From positions 114,390,001-114,454,000 of the forward strand of contig NC_042997.1 of the NCBI RefSeq assembly GCF_006345805.1: 64,000 nt of DNA. The letters run 5' to 3'. Source of the DNA: Octopus sinensis. Taxonomy: Eukaryota. The position numbers and the translations under genes are program-made. The notes below the pieces were generated by a model. The model worked only from the letters and a program-made list of their open reading frames with translations. It searched no databases and had not been told where the DNA came from. The stretch's first letter is position 1, and each line of letters opens with the position of its first letter. Positions 52,505 through 64,000 of the stretch are shown here, one piece after another.

Positions 52505-53237
52505 CTGCATACAATAAAAAAATACATGCATAATGGATTAAGAATTTTTTCCTTCAGACAGCTAAGTTCTAGTATACTGTGGAAATGTTTCATGAAGTCT
52601 GGAACATTTGTTTGGTATGCATCTTTTGATATCTACATTAAAAATATCACACACACACACATCCATCTATACATCATACTTTTGCAAATACATTGCAAAA
52701 AAGGCAAATTAACTGTAATGTATATAAAATAAATTTGATATTTCAACATAAAACTACCACTAAAAATATACTCTTGTACATATTAGTCATCCATCATATC
52801 TGATAAAGACAGGTTCAATCCTATTTAATAAGGAGGCTGGTTCTGCATCAATATTTTATAATACATCCCTTAAAGTTGTTTAAGATAAAAGTAACAGAAA
52901 ACATTATATCTTCCCTACCACCCGTTTTTAACCAGACTTCTATATTTGTCCATGCATTTGAATAAGTACAAATATACCTTCATATACTAATAAAAATTAT
53001 ATATACACGAAATAATAATAATAATAAAATGTATCTGCTTATAAGATGTAGTAATTAGTAAAAAGAGATAAAGAGAGAGAGATAGATAGATAATCATGAC
53101 AACATACCCTAATTAAAAATGTTTGTAAAACACCAACATGAGAATATTGATGATATATTTAAAAAAAAAAAATTTCTTCCTGAGATCAAAGCAATAGAAA
53201 ATGATAAATAAGACGTTACAGTGCACTTATTTGCATT

Positions 53238-53471
53238 GAGAGAGGGACAGAGAGAGACAAACAGAGAGAGAGAGGGACAAACAGAGAGTGAGATAGACAG
53301 ACAGAGAGTAAGAGAGACAGACAGAGAGCGAGAGAGACAGACAAACAGAGAGACAGAGAGCGAGAGAGACAGAGAGCGAGAGAGACAGACAAACAGAGAG
53401 ACAGAGAGCGAGAGAGACAGACAAACAGAGAAACAGAGAGCGAGAGAGACAGATAGTAAGACAGACAGATG

Positions 53472-53502
<31 letters not shown>

Positions 53503-53515
53503 CAAGAGCAAGAGC

Positions 53516-53546
<31 letters not shown>

Positions 53547-53553
53547 CAAGAGC
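53238..53553. repeat. Compound GA-rich microsatellite
   Basis: (GA)n, (GACA)n and (GAGC)n mosaic directly upstream of the CR1 insertion. Confidence 0.97.
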
Positions 53554-54250
53554 TAAAATTGTCAAGAAGGCTGAGGGTGTCTTGGCATCACTCACCAAAT
53601 CCTTTGAGAGCCACTCTCCGGCTATCTATCTGCGGCTTTATATAGCTATGGTAAGACCTCACCTGGAATTTGCATCACCGGTCTGGAACCCCTATCTTGC
53701 CCAGGATATCAATCGTCTGGAAGCTGTTCAGCGACGTGCAACCAAAAGAATACCCTCCATCAGGCATTTGCCATATCCTGAACGCCTTACTTCCCTGGGC
53801 ATGTACACATTGAAACTCCGATGTCTGGCAGCTGACTTGGCAGACACCCATAAAATTATCAACCATCGTACAAACAATAACTCTGAGCACCTCTTCAAAC
53901 TCCACCCATCTAACACCCGTGGACATATTTACAAAGTAAGAAAACAGCACAGCTCCCATGACTTCAGGAAACATTTTTTCACGCTGAGAGTTGCTGAAGC
54001 ATGGAACAAACTGCCGGCATCGGTTGTTAGTTGTCGGAGCACTGCATCCTTCAAAACTTCCATGCTTCCTGAGATTCGCCAACACTACACTTGATTTTCT
54101 CCCCTCCATACACACACAAGCATGTATCTGACTCATACATTGTTCGCTTTCCAGACATTTCTACATTACTGCATGTACTTTATATGCACTTTCTGACAAG
54201 TTGTGGTGCACCTGAGCACTGTATACAATAATTTCATTATTATTATTATA
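53554..54250 (+). mobile_element. Young 5'-truncated CR1-group LINE with target-site duplication
   Basis: Open frame LYIAMVRPHLEFASPVWNPY...VQRRATK...FFTLRVAEAWNKLP, an (ATT)n tail, and an 11-bp TSD agagcaagagc at 53543-53553 and 54251-54261. Confidence 0.92.
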
Positions 54251-55377
54251 AGAGCAAGAGCGAGAGAGCGTGTGTGTGTGTGTGTGTGTGTGTGCAAGAG
54301 TTTAAAACTCATTCCCTCAACATAGAAAGAAATAATGTTTAAACTTAAAGCAACGATTATTTTCCAGAAAACCATCAAGATAATATATTTATTTTCTTTC
54401 ATAATGTATTTAATTTGATAATGTATTTATTTTCTTTTAATGTTTACTACTTAAAATGCTGGTTATAAATTTCTTTAGCTTATTGTAATCTCACATCTAT
54501 TACTATTCCATTTACTTTAGGCTCTATGTCTAAGATCTGCAAATGCATGTTAAAATAGTTATTAAAACAAAATAAATAAGCCATTTTAGGGCAAAATAAA
54601 TAAATGTACTCACTGAACAATTAGGCCTTTTACTATATTTTTTTAAACTTCCTTAACAACAAAAATCAAAAGTATATATCTTGAAAGCATAAAAGCTGTT
54701 TGACACCTAATTAAACCTAGACATACAGGTTACAACAAGTACAAGACAGTGAAATTGAGAATATTTTTTTTAGTATGAACAAATAAGAAAATTAGAAAAC
54801 TCTATAATGAAATCTTGTCTAAATATATCTATTTTCAATTGAGTTAAAAATAATATTTAGTGTGATGATTAAAAGCAGCCTTTTTTAATGTACAAAAAAA
54901 TAAATATTGTAGTCACTTAAGAAAACAGTAAATTCCACATAACGCCAATAGGCTGAAGAAAAGTAGTGTAAGAGAGCATTCTGAAAACTAAATTAAAATT
55001 TGGTATGGTCTCATATATGTAATGAGTTGTAAAAAATACAACAGATTACCAAGCAATTAATAGATGAAAACACCCTCTGGATATGTTTAAATTTAAAAAC
55101 AAGGGAGAAAGCTCCCTTATTAGATCTGTTCAATTAATTAGATCAGTGGTTCAAAATTTTGGGGACAATATAAACAATGCCAATTGGAGTGAATCTTGTC
55201 TTTAAAGCCAACTGGTGAAGCAACTGACAAGTTTCTGTATTATGAAACCTTTTCAATGAAGCTGATATGCAGGATATCCTCTAGAGATATTTTCTCAACA
55301 CTATATTCTCTTTATATATTGATCACGCTTAGTCTTGCCAACTGAGTAAAATGTACTTTACTAAGTAATTTGTAAAG

Positions 55378-55456
55378 CACCAAAACAAGTCCATCACTAG
55401 TTCACAGATATGTGAGACACCAAAATAAGTCCATCTTAGTTCACAGATATGTGAAA
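55378..55456. repeat. About 40-bp local tandem duplication
   Basis: caccaaaa(c/t)aagtccatc..tagttcacagatatgtga occurs twice. Confidence 0.9.
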
Positions 55457-56220
55457 TTATTGTTTAGAATAACACATGTTAATATAATTTTCTGTTCAAA
55501 AAGATTATTTAAACAAAGTATTCATAGTAGATGGAAATAATATAACAATGTGATTACTAATACCCATAGCCAAATATAACTTGAAAAAAAAAAATTCAAC
55601 AATAAACAAAAAACAAAATATAAGGTTTCAAACAAAGTCATTTGTGAACTACAACACTCTGCCTTTAAACAAGTATTAAATATTTCTAAAAAACATGAAA
55701 TACATACAGTCTAAAAAATATTTCTTTTAATTTATATCTATAAAATTCTGTTTATGTGGGGGGGGGGGGTTCATCTATGCACAGCCAAACCTCTGGATCA
55801 GTCTGTACCAAAATTGGTATGGAGGCTTTCCATTACTAGTATAATATATATAGGTTTTAGTATGATATATAACTTTGATAATTGTTTTATAATGTGATAA
55901 AAAATGATTGAGATCTACATTTTAGAAATTTAATATTATCATTTAAAAAAAATGTTTGTAAGCTAAATGTTTCTAAATATTGATAAATTATTTTCTTCTT
56001 ATTAATGCCTATTACAAGCCTAACTCTCTGTCTTTAGATTAAATTGTGTTACTCCAAACAATAAAATCTGTTAATTATTTCATGTCTTAGATAATAACCA
56101 CAAAGTGAAGAAGTTTCAACTGTACAAACCAATTGAAATAATGATAAACTATAAAACAAAATGTAATCATTATCACTTTCTTCCATTTCCTGAACTCTTT
56201 AAATATATTTAATGTAATCA

Positions 56221-57012
56221 TGATATGCGTGAGAAGACCTGTTGAGTCAAGTAAAACCAAAATCATAGCTGTGACCAGTGCCCCTTGACTGGCTCTAGTT
56301 CCGGTGGCACGTAAAATGCATCATCCGAACATGGTCGATGCCAATGTCCCCTGACTGGCTCCAGTGCTGGTGGCACGTAAAAAGCACCATCTGAATGTGG
56401 TTGATGCCAGGTCCGTCTGACTGGCACCCATGCCAGTAGCACATAAGAAGCACCATCCGAACATTGCCAAAGCCAGTACTCCCTGACTGGTTCCCTTGCC
56501 AGTGGCACATAAAAAGCACTATCCAATCATGATCGAGGCCAGGACCATCTAACTGGCCCCTGTGCCGGTGGCATGTAAAAAGCACCATCTGAACATGGAA
56601 GATGCCAGCACCCCCTGATTAGCTCTCGTGCTGGTGGCACGTAAAAAGCACTATTCAGACATAATCGATGTCAGGTCCGTCCGACTGGCCCCTGTGCTGG
56701 TGGCATGTAAAAAGCACCATCCAAATGTGGCCAATGCCAGGACCCTCTGATTGGATCTTACGCCAGTGGCACATAAAAAGCACTATCCAAACATGATCGA
56801 TGCCAGGCCTGCCTGACTGGCTCCCATGCTGGTAGCACATAAAAAGCACCCACTACACTCTCAGAGTGGTTGGCATTATTAGGAAGGGCATCCAGCTGTA
56901 AAAGCATTGCCAGACCAGATTGGAACCTCGTGTAGCTGCTGGCTCTCCAGACCTCAGTCAAACTGTCCAACCCATGCCAGCATGCAAAACGGACGTTAAA
57001 CGATGATGATCA
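56221..57012 (+). mobile_element. RTE 3' UTR fragment with a 9 x 66-bp minisatellite
   Basis: The T of the (g/a)taaaaagcac motif falls at 56312, 56378, 56444, 56510, 56576, 56642, 56708, 56774 and 56840; then the conserved RTE tail and (GAT)n. Confidence 0.92.
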
Positions 57013-58793
57013 TCATCTCATACTTTGTACTAATGATATATGAAATGTAGAATCAGACTGCCTATAGACAGAAAGACTCAACTATTAAACATCGAAAGAA
57101 ATATAATTTCTCCAGTTAATTTATTCACTTGTCCATAACAGGCAAAATTCCTACAGGCTTCTCTCCATTACATAAGATATAATGAAAGACAATATATATC
57201 AAATCCAACTCATATACTGGATAGGTTTGTATAGTGTCTCTTTCTCCAAACACTGTTTTTAGATAAATTCAACTTTAAACTGAATTTCCTTTTACTTACA
57301 AATTTATCTTTTATCTTTTACTTGTTTTACTCATTGAACTGCAGCCATGCTAGGGCACCGTCTTGAAGAAATTAGTTGAACAAATCAATCCCAGTACCTA
57401 TTTTTAAGCTGGTGCTTATTTCATTGGTCTCTTTTATTGAACTGCTAATCAAACTAAAACCTGTTGTCAAGTGGTGGTGGTGGAGTACACACATGACAAA
57501 CTTCTTTCAGTTTCCATCTACCACGGCTTTAGAAGACACAGAGCTATAGCAGAAGATACTTGACCGAGGTGCTATGCACCAGTACTGAACTGGAAGCTAT
57601 GTGGTTGAGAAGCACACTTTTTACCACATAACAATACCTGTGTCTATGTCTAATAGAATTTTTCAAAATGATTACATTTTCAAAATGGTTTGTAAGCAGA
57701 TGCCCTTTTATGGAAAATTTTGTCTTTTGATAGAAGCTGATGTAGTTATGGCACAATTTTTATATTTTGCTCTTCAGAACCATCAAAATTCTGTAGCATC
57801 AGAAATATGAAAATGACTAAGGTTAATATACAGGAAGGGAATTGATAAAGGCTTCCTATGATGATATAATGAATTTATAAGTTATACATGAACTGTAAAA
57901 GTATTTTCAGATGAACTGGATCAGAATCACTACTTCAAGCAAAATACTCTCAGTATACTTGAAAGATTGTAATACAGAACTGAAGATCACAAAATATTAT
58001 AAAGATTTACTGAAATTAATAAATAAAATAACATTTATGTTCCCAATAGAGCATGAAATACTTATATAGTTACCCGAAGAGGAAAGGCAGAGGTCATACA
58101 CTGTTTAAACCCTCTTCAACTGAGGGAATAGAATAATCGACTAAGACTCTAATAGTTGATGGTTAATTTGAACATTTGCAGATTAGAAGTAGAATGGAAA
58201 ACATTAGTAGGGAGCCAGTTTTAGATTAATGTTTTTAAGAGAGTAACAGAGGTGGATAAGTATTTTGAAAGGTGAGACAAAGTGATTATTATTAGTGTAT
58301 AATTAGAGCGAAGTATATTGTAAGAAGTGCAAGTGATTGTATATTGAAGTACATTCAATGAATTAAGAAAGGATTAGCACTGAATTATTTAGTTTTAAGG
58401 CAGAACCATTTGTGGTTGTGTTAGGAGAGGATGTACAACCGGTAGGATAAATGACCAACGAATTAATGAGGGCTTACTCTTAACTGAACAGTTTTTTCTT
58501 AGATGTGATCTAGATAGTATATATTGAAATAAATGCAGTATACTAAGTAATACTGTGGGATATATTTGTATTTTTAGGGGAGAAAAGGTTGTTTCTATGA
58601 AGTCAATTATACAAAATAAATAATGACCAACCACATAATCTTCAAATAAAATTCCACTTACTTTCTGTAAACATCACATATCTGAAAGGATCCCTTAACA
58701 CTGTATTTAGTAGGGCTACAATTTTTGTGAATTTACTTGATTTAGTTACAAATTACATACACCATGTTATTTATTAGTGTTTCTTTAACTGGT

Positions 58794-58968
58794 ACTCCAC
58801 TGGTTATGATGATGTGGGTTCCAGTTGATCCAATCAATGAAACAGCCTGCTCATGAAGTTTACATGCAAATACTTGAGCACTCCATAGACACGTGTACCC
58901 TACACATAGTTCTCAAGATTCAGTGTGACACAGAATGTAACAAAGCTGGCTCTTTGAAACACAGGTTC
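58794..58968 (-). mobile_element. Old partial copy of SINE family B
   Basis: Colinear with 20305-20480, with CpGs converted to TpG/CpA. Confidence 0.8.
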
Positions 58969-59699
58969 TATTCATTTTTTCCAGTACGTATCAATAACTG
59001 GTATTAGGCCTGATGCTCATTTCCATTTTCTATAAACAGATGAAAATTATTTTTTTTTACTGAATAGAACACTGGTCTTATCACATGTAGAATTTTCTAC
59101 TGAAGGAATTGAAATCAGCACTGCTGCCTAGAGAGTGGAATTATGACATGAGCCATATGTACATGGAGCTAGACAAACCCAGCCATTGAGAACAAAAAGT
59201 TTCAGCCTTGGACATAATTCAGTAACAAGATATGAGCCACTAGGATCTTGGCTTGTTGCATAAATACAACACTGTCCTAAAATCATCACCTACAGAATAC
59301 AGATACATCAAAGTAGATGAAATATTAACACATGTTGTCCCTCAATAAAACAGTGGACCAATGATTGGTCTCTTCAAGCTCAAATGTTAATGAATGCAAA
59401 TAAAGAAAAAAAAAACATGATTGCAGAGACTTCAAAGTAGAGAAGCTTGGAAACAAGACATAGCACCATGTGCAAAAGGACTTTAAGTAGACTTACTGAG
59501 GACATGGAATGCTACTATGGCTGAGATGAATAAAACTTACAGTAGCCTTTTATCGTAATCTTGGGAGATTTTGGAGTAGGGAATGTGACTACTGATGTTA
59601 GATATATTTATTCTCTCTTTGATAAATCAATTCAGGAATTAAGTGGTAGGAACAATCATTTGTCATGTAGAACAGCTTGTCTAGTGGTAGTACCATGGT

Positions 59700-60075
59700 A
59701 AGTACACATCACCTGGCACACTTCGCTTGTGGTTGATTATAAGATTTTCCAGATGGATTCCCAACTGTGACCAACTGAGACTATGAATATTATTGAACTA
59801 TTTCTTTCTAGGTCTATCCATAGGTCTCCTGCTGGTTAGCCCAGCTTGAAGAATCCATCTTGCAATTTTTTCCTGTGACATTGCAATCGCATGTCCAAAG
59901 TACCAGAGCTGTGACTTCTCAATGCAGAAAAGTATCAATTTAACCATGAGAGATTTCCTGATCTAGCTCAACATCTTGTTGAATAAACATCCTTCAGAGA
60001 TCCTTTAGAGGAACCCCATTTTGGCCACTTATGTTTGCTATAGGAGCTGATACATAGGCAACATCTGTTTAAAAT
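59700..60075 (-). mobile_element. 3' fragment of a third RTE-type LINE
   Basis: Minus-strand IEKSQLWYFGHAIAMSQEKIARWILQAGLTSRRPMDRPRKK. Confidence 0.7.
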
Positions 60076-60421
60076 ATGCTGACAAGAGAACAGAACAATG
60101 TGAGGTGAAGGTAGGCATAGGAAAACCTGGTGAAACTGAGCCACAGGATGCTAAAGCTCAAACATGACATAGGAATGTGGTGATACACAGCACTGAAGAG
60201 TTATGAATTAACATGGAAAATAAATAAAAAAGATGCCAAAATAATGATATTGAGGAGGATAAAGAAATTAATTCAATCAAAATATTTGAACACGATTAAA
60301 TTCAAAGTTCTGTTCAATGATAATATGATCACAACTTCAAATATTGTCTATTTTCTTAATATATTCCTCTAAGTAAATTGTAATATAACATTGGTAGACT
60401 AACAAGTGTAGCTAGAGTAAG

Positions 60422-60945
60422 AACTGGTTGGAAAATATTCAGAGATAACTGGTTGGAAAATATTCAGAGATAACTGGTAACAACAAAGATCTTTTCCATA
60501 AGACTGAAGGGCAGACTGTATGATGCTTGTGTTAAAACAACAATGCTACATGGTGGGTGAGCTATGGGCCTTGAATGCAAAAGACTTGAGAAGGTTGGAA
60601 AGAAATTAAGCAAGCAAGTTCCATTGGATATGCAGTGTGAGTGTACATGAAAGAATTAGTACAAAGGTGCTGAGTGACAAACTGAGTATAAAAGCAATCA
60701 GATGTTGTGTACAAGAAAGAAGACTGCACTGGAATGGACATGGGATGTAATTGGATGAGGACAGCTGTATAAAGTGCCAATCACTAAATGTGGCCAGACC
60801 TTGCAAAAGAGGGAGACCCAATACAACATGGGATGAAGTGGTTAAGGCTGACCTCAGGACCCTGAGCTTGACAGAAGAGATGACAAAGGATCAGGATTTC
60901 TGGCAATATGAGGTTCTTACAAACACTTGCCCTCATCAGTAAAAC
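60422..60945 (+). mobile_element. RTE C-terminal fragment with a 25-bp tandem duplication at its 5' edge
   Basis: LKGRLYDACV...KRGRPNTTWDEVVKADLRTL; aactggttggaaaatattcagagat occurs twice at 60422-60471. Confidence 0.85.
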
Positions 60946-61719
60946 TGAGTTCTGAGAGTGCTATGTATGCTCTCCACCCACATTACAGTCACTCATCACC
61001 CTCCTCCCCACAACTCCTGCAGCCAACCCAACCATGCCATCCCTCTCTCTTGTTGTCCCCCGCCCAACAACTGTATCATCTCTACTACTTCTGCTGCTCA
61101 CCTCCCACTATCTTCTGCATTCCTCTATCTCCCCCATCTCAAGGCTCCTTGCTCATCCAACCTTCAATCCTAACCATTTTGGCAGTATGTCTCTCCTTCC
61201 CTTTATTCTCTTTCCTATACAATTTCGCAAACTAATTCAACTCATCTTGTCTTGAGGAACCACCTAGGCACTGCATTGTCATTATCTACCCACTGAAGCT
61301 CCTACTGTTTATTTCCTCTTTCTCTCCTCTTCCCCAACTAGATGTGAATATCCATACAGATTCTTTACAGGAACCTGCACTGTTACACATCCTCATAGTT
61401 CAATCTCCACTTCCCTTAGCCTGAAGCTAACATCCTGCTTGGGTTTATAGTTTTGCGAGCTGCATTGTAATCTCAATGGTGCAAGTGGCACAAAAAAAAC
61501 ATGCAGCTCCTGCTGAAAAGCAGTTGATGTTAGGAAGGGGATCAAACTGTAGAAATCATGTCAAAACAGACACTGGATCACAATACAGTCCTCAGACACA
61601 CTGGATCCCATCAAACCTATGCCAACATAGAACAGGGACATTAAATGATGATTTCCTTCTCTGATTTTGCTTATTATATATCATCACACATCTCAATTTT
61701 TTTCATCATCTCATTTGTT

Positions 61720-62030
61720 AATCTCAGCATCTGAGGATCTAACATCACCATTTCTTCCCTTGTATTCCTTTCCCATGGATATCCTCTACCAACAGTAGCA
61801 CATGGCACCTGCTCTCATAGCATCAATTCGCATCACATGTCCATACCATCACAGCTATCTCTCCTGCACACATGTAATGCTTATCTACTTAGTTCACTTC
61901 ATTCATCCATTGGATGTATGGTGGCTAACACCATATATTCAATGGATTGTGTTTGCCTCAATTTTCTCCAGCCATCACAAATATTCCAAATTCCCTGTTC
62001 ACCTCAGTCTGGTTATGATTTATAAAATTA
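61720..62030 (-). mobile_element. Degraded RTE C-terminal fragment
   Basis: Minus strand resembles the ERRLRWYGHVMR...GRPRK.W region, heavily mutated. Confidence 0.55.
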
Positions 62031-62379
62031 GATACTATGTCTATTCAATCATTGTGTAATTTTATCTTAAAATTGTTATATGTTTTTATTACTTTATCGT
62101 TTAATTAAGGAGATATTGAATCTGATTCATTACCGATCTATAAATGAAGTATAATGTGCTTGAGGATAATTACAAAAGTTTGCTTTCAGAATTATAAACA
62201 ATTTTAAAATTCAAATGAAGAAGAAATCTTATATAAACTCTGTTAACCTTTGCAAATCTTTTCAGTGATATTCATTAAAAGATCTCTAAAGATCACAACC
62301 TAATCAACAATAACCAAATTTAAGAAGCAACATAATCAATAGGAAAATATTAATAGTAGCATATAAAGAGCTTGATATC

Positions 62380-62410
<31 letters not shown>

Positions 62411-64000
62411 TGCGTGCATGCATGTTGTTTTTACTGAGTGAGTATAATTTACTTTTTTATAACAATTTCTTTACAATGATTAGACACTTTATAAACAGTA
62501 CAAATTTATTTTTGTTTTACAGATTTTGTTTGCAAGTCTTTCTCACTATACCTCACTTGAATCCACTTTTGAACATCCTTCCTTGTTTCTCCCCGTTGAG
62601 TCAATTTTTCTAAGAAACTGCATTTCTACAGAAATCAAGTACATTATATATATACTCTTAATTGGATTTAACTTTTTCTATTTCACAAATCCTAAAGGGA
62701 TTTACCCAAAGACCATGAGGAATCTTTTTCCAAGATAAGTGAGTATGTGATGATTATGATGATGATATGGTGTTAAAATGTTGGAATACTGGTCTTCATT
62801 TGATCACTAGTTACGCATATACAAACTAATAGAAAAGTAAACCTATCTCCGGTATTTTTGATAGTGATTAGCTAAGGAATGGAACACAGGTATATAAACA
62901 CTTGTTATAATAGTTGATATCAATATCTCAATGTACATAACTGTAAGCTGTTTGTCAAGCTCTTTTTCTAAATAGTTTTCAAGAATTTCAAAACAAAAAC
63001 AATTGAATGAATTTTTGCAATCTAAAAACCTCTGAATACTATGATATCATGACCAAAAGACACATTATTAAGGACTTATAAACTATGCTCTCATAACTAC
63101 AGGAAGTATAAACTTGTTCTTTTCAGTTTTTATGGCTACCATATGATAAAACATCTTTATATGTCCAACATAGATTGAACTGTGCCTTATGGTCTGAGTA
63201 AATTTTTATCTGAAGTTATTGCCCTCCTAAATGAACCAGAGACCACTTCTCAGCCATATGTTGCATTTTTTGTATTAGTTACTATGATTAAATAGCAATC
63301 AGATTGTCCTTGGTGTATTTTACTAGGATACCAACACTTGAAAGACTAAAGATTCCTCCCTACTCTATGTTGTCTCTCTTTAAGGTAATGTGACTCAGTG
63401 GATGAATAGAAGAATGAAGACAGAGAGGAAAGCAGGGTGAGAAAAAGTAAAAGGTAAGAATGCAACTGAAAAACAGTGATAGGAGCAAGGGGAGTGATAG
63501 ATGAGGTAATAGAAGAGAGACAGTTGTTACATGCTGGTTGTTGGTATAGAGATTGAATAGGAAAACTGTACTATTGGTGTGATGAGGGAAGAGAAAGTGA
63601 CGAAGGTAGACAGGGTGATAAAAGAAGAGTAATAGAAGTGAGAAAGATAAATGGACAGCAAAAATAAAATATGTCAACAGTGAGTGATAGAAGAGGGAGT
63701 AATGAGAGAGGGTGAATACTAATAAAGATAGGTTATGGAAAGCAAGAGTGTGAGTGATGGGTAACAACAGAGATGGACAATGATAAGAAAGAATGAGTGT
63801 AATTTTAAACACATTCAGCCAAAGTATTTAATAATATATATTCACTATTTTAACAGAAGATATTCAAGATTACACTCTCTATTGCTATTCAAGGAAAAAA
63901 TATTTTATTATTGTCCCTAGATTTTCTAGATGTATTAACTGAAATAATTGAGTCATCAGGTTAGAACATTCCAGTCCTTCACAATGACCCAGCTGTAAGC

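Noticed and set aside
53109-53598. ORFs rich in SL or RE
   Set aside because: They are translations of the GA microsatellite.
56270-56850. CRISPR-like regularly spaced repeats
   Set aside because: The whole 66-bp unit is homologous between copies (no unique spacers), it sits in an RTE tail in eukaryotic DNA, and no cas genes are present.
60192-60225. Other CUGANGA words (also about 6099, 24606, 51427 and 11107)
   Set aside because: No stem II closing onto GAAA and no stems I/III.

Overview
AT-rich, repeat-dense animal genomic DNA. The repeat families (tRNA-headed SINEs with internal microsatellites, RTE LINEs with (GAT)n tails) look like Octopus/cephalopod; that is my inference, not something the sequence proves. 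The only host gene I can support is a minus-strand TPR gene resembling TTC28: one clear exon at 34696-34956 and a probable upstream exon at 52386-52504. I found no downstream exon, so positions 1-34695 are probably intron. The rest is mostly transposon material: several RTE LINE copies of different ages (one with a 508-codon open RT ORF containing a PHD-type finger), CR1/L2-group LINE fragments, two mariner relics, three or more SINE families, hAT-like and Tc1-like MITEs, and a Helentron-like HINE. The most interesting signals are: (1) Penelope-type hammerhead ribozyme motifs, including a well-formed type I hammerhead at 15360-15467 and a tRNA/Pol III-headed element carrying a minimal hammerhead, present as a head-to-head inverted pair at 43742-44226; (2) an 854-bp tandem duplication whose middle copy carries the variant pattern expected from unequal crossover; (3) a 9 x 66-bp strictly phased minisatellite in an RTE 3' UTR; (4) two RTE copies truncated at the same 5' point. 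All structures and alignments were done by eye.
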